Positions 12,800 through 24,739 of a DNA stretch of 64,000 bases are shown here, piece after piece. Made by a program: the position numbers and the translations under genes. Origin of the DNA: Chrysomallon squamiferum (taxonomy: Eukaryota > Animalia > Mollusca); the NCBI GenBank assembly GCA_012295275.1, contig CM022679.1:13764001-13828000 (forward strand). Direction: 5' to 3'. The notes under the pieces were generated by a model. The model had not been told where the DNA came from. It saw nothing but the letters and a program-made list of their open reading frames with translations, and searched no databases. Positions within the stretch are counted from its first letter, which is position 1; each line of letters begins with the position of its first letter.

Positions 12800-13225
12800 A
12801 CGTGGAAGTGGTTTTTCCAGAATGTTCGTTTGGTACAGGGATGGTTTGCTTCGTGACATTTTATCCACAAAAGCAATCTGATGCAGTCGTTTATATTTCG
12901 GGGGTGGTTTTTGCTCTAAAACATAGTACAAGTTAAATGCAAAATTTTGTATAGCATTTATTTAGTTCCATCGCCAAAAAACCCACAACAATTCACGTAA
13001 CCTTATATGATTAAAACAGTGTTTATTTTCATTTTATTTTAAAACAATGGGCATATTTAATATAATTTTGGTGTTTGCCTGCGTGGTACCGTTGACTGGC
13101 TGAAATATTTACATCCATGGCACAGCTCGAGGTATCACTGTACGCAGAAAAGGATCTCGCCTATGCACTTAGATTATACATACAGAATGAAGAAGCAAGA
13201 TTAAGCGAATTAAAAAGGTAAAATG

Positions 13226-13278
<53 letters not shown>

Positions 13279-15059
13279 TCATTCATTCATTCTTTTGTAA
13301 CTAACTGAAATACTAACCATAAAGATGATGAAACAAATAATTACACAATAATCATGATGATGATAATTATCAACAGAAATAATGCCAGACAGTTATGATT
13401 ATGGCGTTAGCGGAGCCGGCAGCTGCAAACTTAGGATGGTAGCGTTGATGGTGGTAAACCATGATATTTATAAAATGTATCTTCAGCTTGTGAAACTGAG
13501 GCAAACAACAGTGGAGAGATGCATGGGCGGAGAAACACGGAGAAGTTTCCTTTACCAAGCAGTGTGTACGTCATACAGACAATACAACCTGTCCCGTCTC
13601 GTTCAAAGTGATTACCATTCTTAAAGGTAACTAACTGTCTGTCTAATCAGACGTACATAAATAAAACAGAGAATATTCAGAATTCTAAACTACACACTTG
13701 CCACTGCCAGGTTTCCCACAAAAAATAGATGCACGCAAAAATGACGAAAGACAAAAAGAACGGTGTGCTTCGGAGGAAGCGATGATTACCCTCGGTTACT
13801 GAGCAACCTGTTTAAGGTTGTCTCGATGGTCGAACGGTAACATTTAAATGTCTAATACTATGGTGTGATCGACTGTTTTTTTAATACTGTGTAATTGTGT
13901 CATAATCCATGACAGTAAAACTAGGACAAGTAATCTCGTCTTGACAGTTCGCTGGAAATAAAGTGGATTGGTACCCACCTCTATTTTTAAATTATTAGTT
14001 CTAAATGAACGATGGTAGTTTATTATGTTTAACTACTAGGAGTTAAATGGTTAAGCGCTAAACGCTATGCTAAACATGGTCCAATAACAACAATAACAAA
14101 TAATAATAATAATAATAAAAAAAAATAACAACAGCAATAATAACAAAACTATTATTTATTATTATTAGAAAAACATAACGCTGACAAACACTAAAGCAAA
14201 CACGAACAGTATCACAGTATTATAGCAATGATAACAATTTCACAGTACTATATCAACTATAAGAACAAGATCACTGTACTCTAGCAACTGTAACAACACT
14301 AAACAATACAATAAAAAAAACCCATAAACTATACTATAAAGGAAGTATTAAATATCACAAGTACAAACTTAAGTAATGAGATTTCATATATAGCCCGTAA
14401 TATAGCATGGTATTAGATGCAGCTCTTTTGTTCTTTTCGTGTACTTTAGCCGTCTAACAGCTCATGCATACCCCCTGTCCAAACTATCCCTGGGGTTAAA
14501 GAGTACTAGACTGTTTACACCTAGAATGTATTCTGGCTGCTCCCACAGAACTGGTTTATAAAAACACTAAATATTTTCAGAGTTCAAGATCTTTTTACAC
14601 TTCAAGAATTAAAATTATGTTACAAACTATAACAAAGTATGGATCAGACATACATTTTTTGTAAACATCCGAACATTTACATGTATTATTTTTGTTTTGT
14701 TTTACTGAGCTTTTCATTCAGTGCAAACGGATATGCTGATTTGGCAAATAAATGATCTAAACCATTTTCTTGTTTATTGATAAATGATCTAACAAAACGT
14801 ATAATTATATCTAAACGCTTGTTAGTGTTGTAATATGTTTGTTACAACACTGAAGTGATCCGAGTCATTCTCAAGATCCTATGTGAATTGTGTGTGGCCT
14901 AAACTGACTGTATCATGTCATTCATGTTATCTTCTTTGAGTATAATGGGCATTTAAATAGGGACCAACTTATGAGTAATACAAGAGCGTATAATCTGTAA
15001 GTCAAAATATTCCCCAGAACATAAAGAGCTATTTTACACCATGGGGTAGACCAAGAATA
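12800..15059 (+). repeat. Diverged copy of about 15630-17965 (and 38075-40435) abutting the gap
   Basis: Colinear similarity including the P4HA exon and LINE relics; may be a paralog or an alternate haplotype. Confidence 0.85.
13047..13217 (+). pseudogene. P4HA: Prolyl 4-hydroxylase alpha first coding exon, frameshifted
   Basis: Paralog of 15865-16039 with a 2-nt deletion (ttgactggct vs ttgactgtggct); AG/GTaaaa donor. Confidence 0.75.
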
Positions 15060-15259
15060 NNNNNNNNNNNNNNNNNNNNNNNNNNNNNNNNNNNNNNNNN
15101 NNNNNNNNNNNNNNNNNNNNNNNNNNNNNNNNNNNNNNNNNNNNNNNNNNNNNNNNNNNNNNNNNNNNNNNNNNNNNNNNNNNNNNNNNNNNNNNNNNNN
15201 NNNNNNNNNNNNNNNNNNNNNNNNNNNNNNNNNNNNNNNNNNNNNNNNNNNNNNNNNNN
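15060..15259. other. Assembly gap (200 N)
   Basis: Run of N. Confidence 1.
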
Positions 15260-15864
15260 TCCACATTTTATTTATTCGACGTTCGACCGCTGATTATATA
15301 ACATAATCGCTTGAAATATTTCAGAAATAGTTATGGTAATTATTTTATGATCGTAATATATATTTTTCAATCGTTTTGAAATTAATAATCATGATATAAT
15401 TATCATTACCATTTAGCTGCTTGCGCGAAGCTTTTAAATTTTATTTTCGTTTTGTCGACGTGCTGAAGCCGGCGTTCGCGTGAATCAAAATGATTCTGGT
15501 CAAGGGAAACAACTCAAAATTTATTTAAAGCATAAAAAGCATTTTATTCTGTGGTATGAAAACCAAGGGGAACAACTCATATATGTATTAATTCGTAAAC
15601 AAAAAGACATCTTCAAGAATTTCGGACGACGTGGAAGTGGTTTTTCCAGAATGTTCGTTTGGTACAGGGATGGTTTGCTTCGTGACATTTTATCCACAAA
15701 CGCAATCTGATGCAGTCGTTTATATTTCGGGGTGTTTTTGCTCTAAAACATAGTACAAGTTAAATGCAACATTTTGTATAGCATTTATTTAGTTCCAACG
15801 CCAAAACAATTTACGTAACCTTATATGATTAAGACAGTTTTTATTTTCATTTTATTTTAAAACA

Positions 15865-16039
15865 ATGGGCATATTTAATGTAATTTTGGTGTTTGCCTGC
15901 GTGGCACCGTTGACTGTGGCTGAAATATTTACATCCATGGCACAGTTCGAGGAAGCACTGCACGCAGAAAAGGATCTCGCCTGTGCACTTAGATTATACA
16001 TACAGAATGAAGAAGCAAGATTAAGCAAATTAAAAATAG
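15865..16039 (+). pseudogene. P4HA: Prolyl 4-hydroxylase alpha subunit orphan first coding exon
   Basis: MGIFNVILVFACVAPLTVA-EIFTSMAQFEEALHAEKDLACALRLYIQNEEARLSKLK: a signal peptide plus the P4HA N-terminal motif (E-F-TS...E-DL...L--YI--EE--L); I found no later P4HA exons in the window. Confidence 0.8.
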
Positions 16040-16086
16040 GTGAAATTTTGCTTATTTTTTCTTACCATAGTTAATAATAATAATAA

Positions 16087-16134
<48 letters not shown>

Positions 16135-17071
16135 TTCATTCATTCATTCATTCTTTTGTAACTAACTAAAATACTAACCATAAAGATGATGAAACAACTA
16201 ATTACACAATAATCATGATGATGATAATTATCAACAGAAATAATGCCAAAAAAAAAAAAAAAAAAAAAAAAAAATTAACCTTGACAGTTATGATTATGTC
16301 GTTAGCGGAGCCGGCGGCCGCAGACTTAGGATGGTAGCGTTGATGGTGGTAAACCATGATATTTATAAAATGTATCTTCAGCTTGTGAAATTGAGGCAAA
16401 CAACAGTGTAGAGATGCTTGGGCGGAGAAACACGGTGAGGCTTGCTTTACCAAGCAGTGTGTACGTCATACAGACAAAACAACCAGTCACGACCCGTTCA
16501 AAGTGATCACCATCCTAAAGGTATACCTGTCTAATCAGACGTACATAAATAAGACAGAAAATATTCAGAATTCTAAACTACACACTTGCCACTGCCAGGT
16601 TTCCCACAAAAAATAGATGCACGCAAAAATGACGAAAGACAAAAAGAACGGCGTGCTTCGGGGGAAGCGATGATTACCCTCGGTTACTGAGCAACCTGTT
16701 TAAGGTTGTCTCGATGGTCGAACGGTAACATTTAAATGTCTAATACTGTGGTGTGATCGACTGTTTTTTTAATACTGTGTAATTGTGTCACAATCCATGA
16801 CAGTAAAACTAGGACAGGTAATCTCGTCTTGACAGTTCGGTGGAAATAAAGTGGATTGGTACCCACCTCTATTTTTAAATTATTAGTTCTAAGTGAACGA
16901 TGGTAGTTTATTATGTTTAACTACTAGGAGTTAAAGGGTTAAGCGCTAAACGTTATGCTAACAACAATAACAAATAATAACAACAAAAAAAACGTTACAA
17001 CAGCAATAATAACAAAACTATTATTTATTATTGTTAGAAAAACAACGCTGGCAAACACTAAAGCAAACACG

Positions 17072-17200
17072 AACAATATCACAGTACTATAGCAATTATA
17101 ACAACAATATCACAGTATTATAGCAATGATAACAATATCACAGTACTATATCAACTAGAACAACAATATCACTCTACTATAGCAATTGTAACAACACTAA
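17072..17200 (+). repeat. Minisatellite, ~28-31 bp unit (aacaatatcacagtactatagcaatt) x4
   Basis: Visible tandem units; also at about 14205-14310 and 39544-39670. Confidence 0.8.
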
Positions 17201-17424
17201 ACAATACAATAAAAAAAAACCATAAACTATAGAACAAAGGAAGTATTAAATATCACAAGTACAAACTTAAGTAATGAGATTTCATATATAGCCCGTAATA
17301 TAGCATGGTATTAGATGCAGCTGTTTTTATTCTTTTCGTGTTCTTTGGCCGTCTAACAGCTCATGCATACCCTCTGTCCAAACTATCCCTGGGGTTAAAA
17401 TGTATTAGACTGTTTACGCCTAGA

Positions 17425-17530
17425 ATATATTCTGGCTGCTCCCACAGAACCAGTTTATAAAAACACTAAATATTCTCAAAGATCAAGATCTTTTTACACT
17501 TCAAGAATTAAAATTATGTTACAAACTATA
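17425..17530 (+). mobile_element. LINE ORF2 C-terminal relic (L2/CR1-like)
   Basis: With a frameshift reads PTEPV.KTLNILKDQDLFTLQELKLCYK, like the recalled 'HTEPLFK-LNILK--DLF--Q-LKF-YK' motif; copies at about 14540-14630 and 39905-40000. Confidence 0.55.
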
Positions 17531-17849
17531 ACAAAGTATGGATCAGACATACGTTTTTTGTAAACATCCGAACATTTACATGTATTATTTTTGTTTTCTT
17601 TTACTGACCTTTTCATTCAATACAAACTGCAAACGGATATGCTGATTTGGCAAATAAATGATCTAAACCATTTTCTTGTTTATTGATAAATGATCTAACA
17701 AAACTTATAATTATATCTAAACGTGTGTTAGTGTTGTAATATGTTTGTTACAACACTGAAGTGATCCGGGTCATTCTCAAGATCCTATGTGAATTGAGTG
17801 TGGCCTAAACTGACTGTATCGTGTCATTCATGTTATCTTCTTTGAGTAT

Positions 17850-18300
17850 AATGGACATTTAAATAGGGACCAACTTATGAATAACACAAGAGCGTATAAT
17901 CTGTAAGCCAAAATATTCCCCAGAATATAAAGAGCTATATTACACCATGGGGTAGACCAAGGATAGACTTGCAAGGATTTAATCTGGTCTGTTTCACTGG
18001 TATCTGATATGATCATACAAACTTAATTTAGAGGGTGCCGGTGTAAAATAATATTTGTTCCCCCAGGTCATATAGAACAGGAGTTTGTTAATTCCCACCG
18101 TCATAATCATTGGTGTAAATCAAAATGAAGGGTCTCGTCAGTGGATTTACTTCGATACTTCAGGTTGAAACAAGAGACTTGGGTCCTGACATTTTGATGA
18201 AAGTGTGTTGTTGTAGCACTTGAATTTAAAATATTGAGGCACAAATGCAACACGTTTCTAAAAGAGTACGTTCATAGGCCTGCAATAGCGTTATCGATAA
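17850..18300 (-). mobile_element. Degenerate LINE reverse-transcriptase C-terminal relic
   Basis: Fragment QIK.CKSILGLPHGV...ILG resembles the 'Q-KFCK-ILG' motif of non-LTR ORF2; frameshifted. Confidence 0.45.
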
Positions 18301-18732
18301 TAAAAAATTATCAATGGATTTAGGGATGAATGTTTTTACCTTCCTTTTAAAAAAAGAAAATCCCTGTTTTCAAGATGTTAATAGTGATCAAGTACCCAGA
18401 CAAATGTATCCCCCAGTTAGTTCTTCACACATCTACAATTATAATTGTGTACATATCAATAAAGGCAAACACTTCAAAACAAAATATTAATATATAATAA
18501 TAATACACATACCACAAACAAAACTAATATGTCTACAATAATTAAATATGTTAATACTAAGTTAATTCTACTTTTGTCCTATCAGCTTGCAGCGATGGTT
18601 ATGGACACTGTATTGAAGTAGGAAAAACAAGAAAAGATGTATGGAACTGAAGTGTATCAGGAAATTTCGAAATGTGCCCTTGTTCCATTTAAAGGAGGTT
18701 GGTATTTCAATTTATATAATTACCTCTCATTA

Positions 18733-18796
<64 letters not shown>

Positions 18797-18959
18797 AACC
18801 TAGTTATCTGTAGCTAGTGAAGAAGAAAGAAGAAAATATTTTTTGATATGGTTTGTTACACTATTATAACAGTGAAATGTTTGTATCCTCTGTTATTTGT
18901 TTTCTAATTCTGCATAAATTAGTTACGTTCATTACAAATTATTAATCTCATACTAAATA

Positions 18960-19124
18960 TGTCGATCATTTTATTCGGTTGGAATCACTATTTTCATTTA
19001 AAGAATAAATCCATTTGGAATACTGTGTATGTCAATCACTGTATCATTATCTTCAACAGTAATGGTCTCGTCAGCATGGTTTCTTTCACTATTTCTCCAA
19101 TTCTGTCCAACAGGCTCATCTTGA
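18960..19124 (-). pseudogene. 5'-truncated paralog of the candidate cytoplasmic exon (also 41441-41605)
   Basis: QDEPVGQNWRNSERNHADETITVEDNDTVIDIHSIPNG aligns with EDHPVGQNSRNRNRNTADKTIAVDDDDIVITIH...IPNG; the acceptor and 5' half are missing and a microsatellite sits at the junction; upstream intron matches 7600-7890. Confidence 0.75.
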
Positions 19125-20299
19125 TAATAATAATAATAACAACAACAACAACAACAATAATAGCAATAAATACAGTAATAAAACCTAAATGAAATAAACA
19201 TTGTTAAAAATATAAAAATATGCCACTCAGAAATTAGTTTCATTGTACAACTCATACATATCACATTTCATGTACACATTTTACAAGGCTGTAATGGTGT
19301 TCTCATAATTAATCTAAAATACATGTAATAGCACAAGTCAGAAATTGTTATAAACTGAACAAAAATGAATATTTTACAGCAGTGACACAGCAAGATATTA
19401 AAGAAAATATTTTACACACATTAATTTTGTTTGCTCAAATTAACTGTAGTGATCTCAATTTGACCTTAATGTAGGGCTCTACTTTGACAGTATGAACAAA
19501 TGGCAAAAACACTTTCAATGTCTCTCCTAATTTATATATATATATATAAATGACAACCAGTCTTTGCTATGACAGTAAAAATACGCTATCACGAAACTGG
19601 ATCCCCCTTTATTTGCATCAATGGCGATGACATTTCGTTTGATGAGGACTGATTTGTTGTAAGTTGTTAGAAAAAGATTTGGACTCATACCATCAAGGTT
19701 ATTTGTACGGATAAGACCAATATGATTCAATAATTATTATTTCGTGCATTTATGTATGCATCTGTATGTGTGTTTATATACATGTGCGAATGAGTAAGTT
19801 AATGGATGTGTGCATGAGTGAGTCGGTGAAAAAAAATTAAAATATTAATAGGATCAAGCTATCCTAAAGGATGATTGTCACAGTGAAAAAAAGCAGCAGC
19901 ATTCATTAAAGACATTTATATACAAACAGTGAGTAATGGGAATTCACACAACTAGACTCAAATGTTTTTATAACAGTCATACATGCATTTGCAAAGGCAG
20001 GAAATGTCAGCGTTCATATGTTACTCCTGGAGCAACAGCATCATATTATGTACATTCTTTATTATTAGGAAAAACTGGTTAGAAGAAACAAATAAAATAC
20101 TGAAAGAATACACAGTGCATTTAGACTATTGACTGGCACGTAACAACAAATTTATGTTCTTTGACAGAACTGTAAACTAATCTGAATTGAAACATATGCA
20201 GTGTTGTGTGAGTGGATTTGTGTTTACGTGTGTGAGTGTGTTTTTTTCAATTTGGTTAACTGGAAATATACATCTGTCAACTCACCAGCTATTTTGTCT

Positions 20300-21700
20300 T
20301 TAATTCGTTAGTTCTACTTGTTCTTCATTTTGGTCAACACCATCTTTGTTTTTGTTTCTACTTCGAATGATCCCCTGTAGAAAAAATACTAAACCTGCAA
20401 CTGATAATCCTGCTGCTATTGTTAGACTTGCTATGAAAAGTGTATAATAAAGGTCTTTCTGACTCTGGGGGAGATCTGAAATAAAACCAAAGCTTTGTAA
20501 CAAGCACCCATAAAAACAACTATGAATTCAGCCATTTTTATACAGCAAACCAGACTACTGCCATAATACATATACATACACACATACATAAAAACATATA
20601 TACATTTATATACACATACATTCATACACAAGCATACATACGAACACACATACATACAAACATACATATCCATATACTGCCATAATATATGAATACATAC
20701 ATACACACACATATATATATATACTGTGCATACATACCTACACACAAATATATATATGCAAACACACATACATATAAACATACATACACACATACATACA
20801 TACATACATACATACATACATGAACAAACATAGATTCATATATAAATATAAATATATATATACACACACACACACACATAAGAACAGATATACACAAACA
20901 AACATTCATTATTTTGTGGCTGTAATAAATACTTACCTTTTGTTGTCTGATTATCAAGGAAATTTGAAACTAAAACAGAAAACAAATATAATCTGTGAAA
21001 TAAGCACACAGAAAAGTTGTTACTCTACAAAATGAGATCAAAAACAAAAGTTGTAACTAACTTTGTGAAGATCTGTGTGTTTATTTGTTTGTTTGTTTTT
21101 TTGTTTGTTTGTTTGTTTATCTGTTTATTTATTTATTATTTATTTATCAAATAAAAAGACATAATAAAAATGTTACCTTACTGTTATAAAATATAGTATC
21201 ATCTAGCCTAGAAAGACCTGCTTTATAGAAACATTTTACAAATAGCAAAACATTTCTTCTTTTTAGAAACGTTTGTAACTAACTAATAAAACACACACAA
21301 ACACATACTCATTCAGAAAGGACCAAAAGCAAACTGTAATATACATTACAAGGAAACTTTAAACTATATATATACACACACTCACACATACGATAAATAT
21401 ACAAACACAAACATTTATTATTTTATAGCTGTAACAATTAATAATTCTTACCTGTCTGATTATAAAGGAAATCTGAAACAAAAACAATAAACAGAAAAGT
21501 TGTAACTGTAATTTTGTGAAGATCTGTTTATTTCTTCAAATAAAAAGACACAATAAAAATGCTTCAGTATTGATATAGAAACATTTTAAAATATAGAAAT
21601 AGCAAAAATAGGTCTTCTTATTAAGAACCTTTAAAGCTAATAAAACACATACACATATTCATTCATAAATATTCAAACAGACAGACAGACACACACAGAT

Positions 21701-21737
<37 letters not shown>

Positions 21738-21937
21738 GATACATACACATATTTACCTACCCGTACAGAAAGGAGCACACTGTTTAGGGAAAACCAAACG
21801 TGTTGTAGGGCACAAATCACTGATGCCTTTGCAGTAATAGCACCTCTGGTCTTCAGGTACACAGTACTGTTCTATCTCATCACATTCATAGTAGTGGCCA
21901 CATCTAACCATTGTTCCATGTGTCATATTGATTACTT
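20300..21937 (-). CDS. Grindelwald/TNFR-like single-CRD receptor, copy 2 (exons 21761-21937, 21452-21472, 20937-20969, 20286-20475), short tail
   Basis: xVINMTHGTMVRCGHYYECDEIEQYCVPEDQRCYYCKGISDLCPTTRLVFPKQCAPFCT-DFLYNQT-VSNFLDNQTTK-DLPQSQKDLYYTLFIASLTIAAGLSVAGLVFFLQGIIRSRNKNKDGVDQNEEQVELTN*; AG/GT boundaries in phase 1. Confidence 0.78.
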
Positions 21938-22120
21938 CTGAAAATAAAACTGTACTGTTATTATTTCTCTAAATTCCAATTAAAGAGTGTATTTGGCTAT
22001 GCGAAAATACATACACACATACATACATACATATTTATACATACATACATACATACACACATACATACATACATACATACATACATACACACATACATAC
22101 ATACATACATACTTACTTAC

Positions 22121-22174
<54 letters not shown>

Positions 22175-22189
22175 GTACCGGATCCATAG

Positions 22190-22390
22190 GATCAACTTGT
22201 TTTAATGTATGTCACCGAACTGGGGAATGACAGAAACTTCTGGAACCGTTTCGAAACAAATGGTGCCACTCCTACGAATCACGTTACGGATGGCATTGAA
22301 AACTGAAAATGATAGGCAGCAGTCTTCCCAATATTTTTGAATTCAAAGATATGATTAAAAGAAAACAGGCCTTTGTTGAAGTTAAAGTTT
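22190..22390 (+). mobile_element. Mutator-like (MULE) transposase fragment (also about 44870-45070)
   Basis: With frameshifts reads FWNRFETNGATPTNHV.GWH*KLKMIGSSLPNIFEFKDMIKRKQ, like the recalled 'WN...RTNN--EGWH...HPNI-E----K-EQ' motif. Confidence 0.6.
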
Positions 22391-23002
22391 TATAGTTAAG
22401 ACTTTGACATATGCCTATAGAAAATGCTCCTCTTGACAGGACAAAAATCTGCAACAGAATATGCTGATTCCGTCTCCCATTTTGTTGGACTGTAAAATGT
22501 TAGTTCTTTGTTGATCTTTTGGGAAATTAACTTTACTAAAGTGTATGTCATTTTTATGAGAAACAGTAGTACACTATTAAAAATCAAAATAAGCGATTAA
22601 TTAATTTATTTAATATATTCAGAACAATTTATATTTGTAAAACATTGTTTTTATTTATTTATTTTTTATTTTTTCTATTTATTTATTTTTAAGAATCAGT
22701 TAAATTGAAGAGTATTCCGAGGAATATTTAAATACATCCTCTACAGGATAAACTGGCAAGGTTTCAAGTCGGAAATGACGTTTTGTTCAGATTTACCTGT
22801 CGCGTGCGAGCACAGTGAGGTGACCCCGTATGTCATTATGCGAAATAAAAGATTATGAAGAAACAGTAGTACAGTATTAAAGATCAAAATAAGCGACCAA
22901 TTTATTTATTTAATATATTCCGTACAATTTATATTTATAAAACATATTTTTTATTTACATATTTTATTAGTGTTTATTTAATTTATTAATTTATGTACTA
23001 TT

Positions 23003-23034
<32 letters not shown>

Positions 23035-23529
23035 TTCATATTTGTATTTTTATTTTTATTATTATTTTATTTATTTTTTCTATTTTTTAAATTTCTTTCG
23101 AAAATATACAAAACGTTATTTTCCATGTCATTATTTACCTTAGATACTCTCACAACGTTCATATTCCGTAGACACATTATACAGACAGTCTGCAGGTAAT
23201 TAATTCTATACAATATTTTTAATAATTTACAGGTGACACTCGATTTCGTAAAGCAATAGAGTTAACAAAAAAGTCTGGGAAATCGCGAATCTAAATATTA
23301 ACCCTCAAATTTACCAAAACATTAAACTTTAGAACACATAACATCTATTTAATACGGTAATAGAATAATCTAAGAAAAACATACAGACAAAAAGAAATTA
23401 AACAAATTTAAGAAAAAGGAACAGAAGAAAAATGTAGAGTACGTTGGGTATAGTTATGGGTGAATTGTAAAATGTATTCTTACCTTGATGGAAATTGGAT
23501 TGAGACAGGACTGCCGCGATCGTGTAGTT

Positions 23530-24300
23530 CAGTGATTCTCAACCTTTTTTTTTTGCCAACGGCACACCTTGGAACACAGGAAAAAATAGCGGCACACCTG
23601 GCTAAATATATATGAAAAATATTTGAATTTTGCAAAATAAAAACATGGCAAGTCATAGACAGCAGACAACCGTAGACACAAATTAGTCATAGACACATAG
23701 AATGACTCAAACTAAATAAAGAAAAACACAGCTATGAACTCACTTCATTGCAGTAGTTCTAATTTCATGAATCAAATAGCTGGCTTCTTTAGTGACAAAT
23801 TTGTGCCTGACTTTTATTCATAATTTCGTCAATGTTTCGTCAAATATGAGACAGACACACCCTCATTTCTTCTTCCATTGTACGTAATCTCCAGTGCTTC
23901 ATGTTTTTGATGTTGTTTAATGTTGAGAAGCCTAATTCACATATGTAAGAAGTTGAAAATTGTAATAAAATTGCTAAAGCTCTTTTATATAATATGGGAT
24001 ACTCCTCTTCAATTGAAATCCAAAATGAATCAATGGGCAGATTCAAATATTTTAATTTTAACCCTTGGTCATTAGAAAGGTGGCCAATTCGTATTCTTCC
24101 TATAACTCACGTTCAATGTTGGAAGAATAATTTATGAAAGGATTTCTAATCCAATCATTCTTTTCTGACTTTAATGACGGAAAGTAATTGTTGATGCTTT
24201 CGTCCAGGACTGTCAGATGAGTAAACACAATAGAGATCATTTCTCTAATACAGGTAGAACACAATAAAAGGAACATATCAAGATTGCCAGTGATTGCTTT
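23530..24300 (-). mobile_element. hAT (Charlie/Buster-like) transposon 3' end with dimerisation-domain coding relic
   Basis: Terminal cagtgattctcaacct; FWISIEEEYPILYKRALAILLQFSTSYICELGFSTL...MRVCLS; upstream INNYFP...DWIRNPF; 5' part deleted. Confidence 0.85.
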
Positions 24301-24612
24301 TTTTTGTTGGACTGTAAAATGTTAATCCATTGTTGGTCTTTTGGAAAATAAACTATACTGTAATCCCGTACTGTTTTATCATTTGCTATCCTTGACTGCT
24401 TAAGTAATATATAACAATAGGTTCGGGCACAGTGAGGTGACCCCATACGTCATTGCACGAAATAAGACGTTACAAAGAAACAATAGTACACTATTAAAGA
24501 TCAAGATAAGCGACCAATTTATTTAGTTAATATATTCAGTACAATTTATATTTATAAAACATATTTTTTATTTACGTATTTTATTATTGTTTATTTAATT
24601 TATTAATTTATG

Positions 24613-24675
<63 letters not shown>

Positions 24676-24739
24676 TTTATTCATTTATTTTTATTAGTAT
24701 TTTTATTTTTATTAGTATTTTATTTATTTTTTCTATTTT

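Larger units (their letters stand above)
6400..12800 (+). repeat. Segmental duplication block A (paralog at about 31300-37640)
   Basis: Near-identical sequence at offset ~24.77 kb (ORF starts 8254/33032, 8804/33582, 11974/36757). Confidence 0.95.

Noticed and set aside
13382-13624. 80-aa ORF following the P4HA exon, and the 76-aa ORF at 15480-15710
   Set aside because: No P4HA or other recognisable similarity; the first is disrupted in its paralogs
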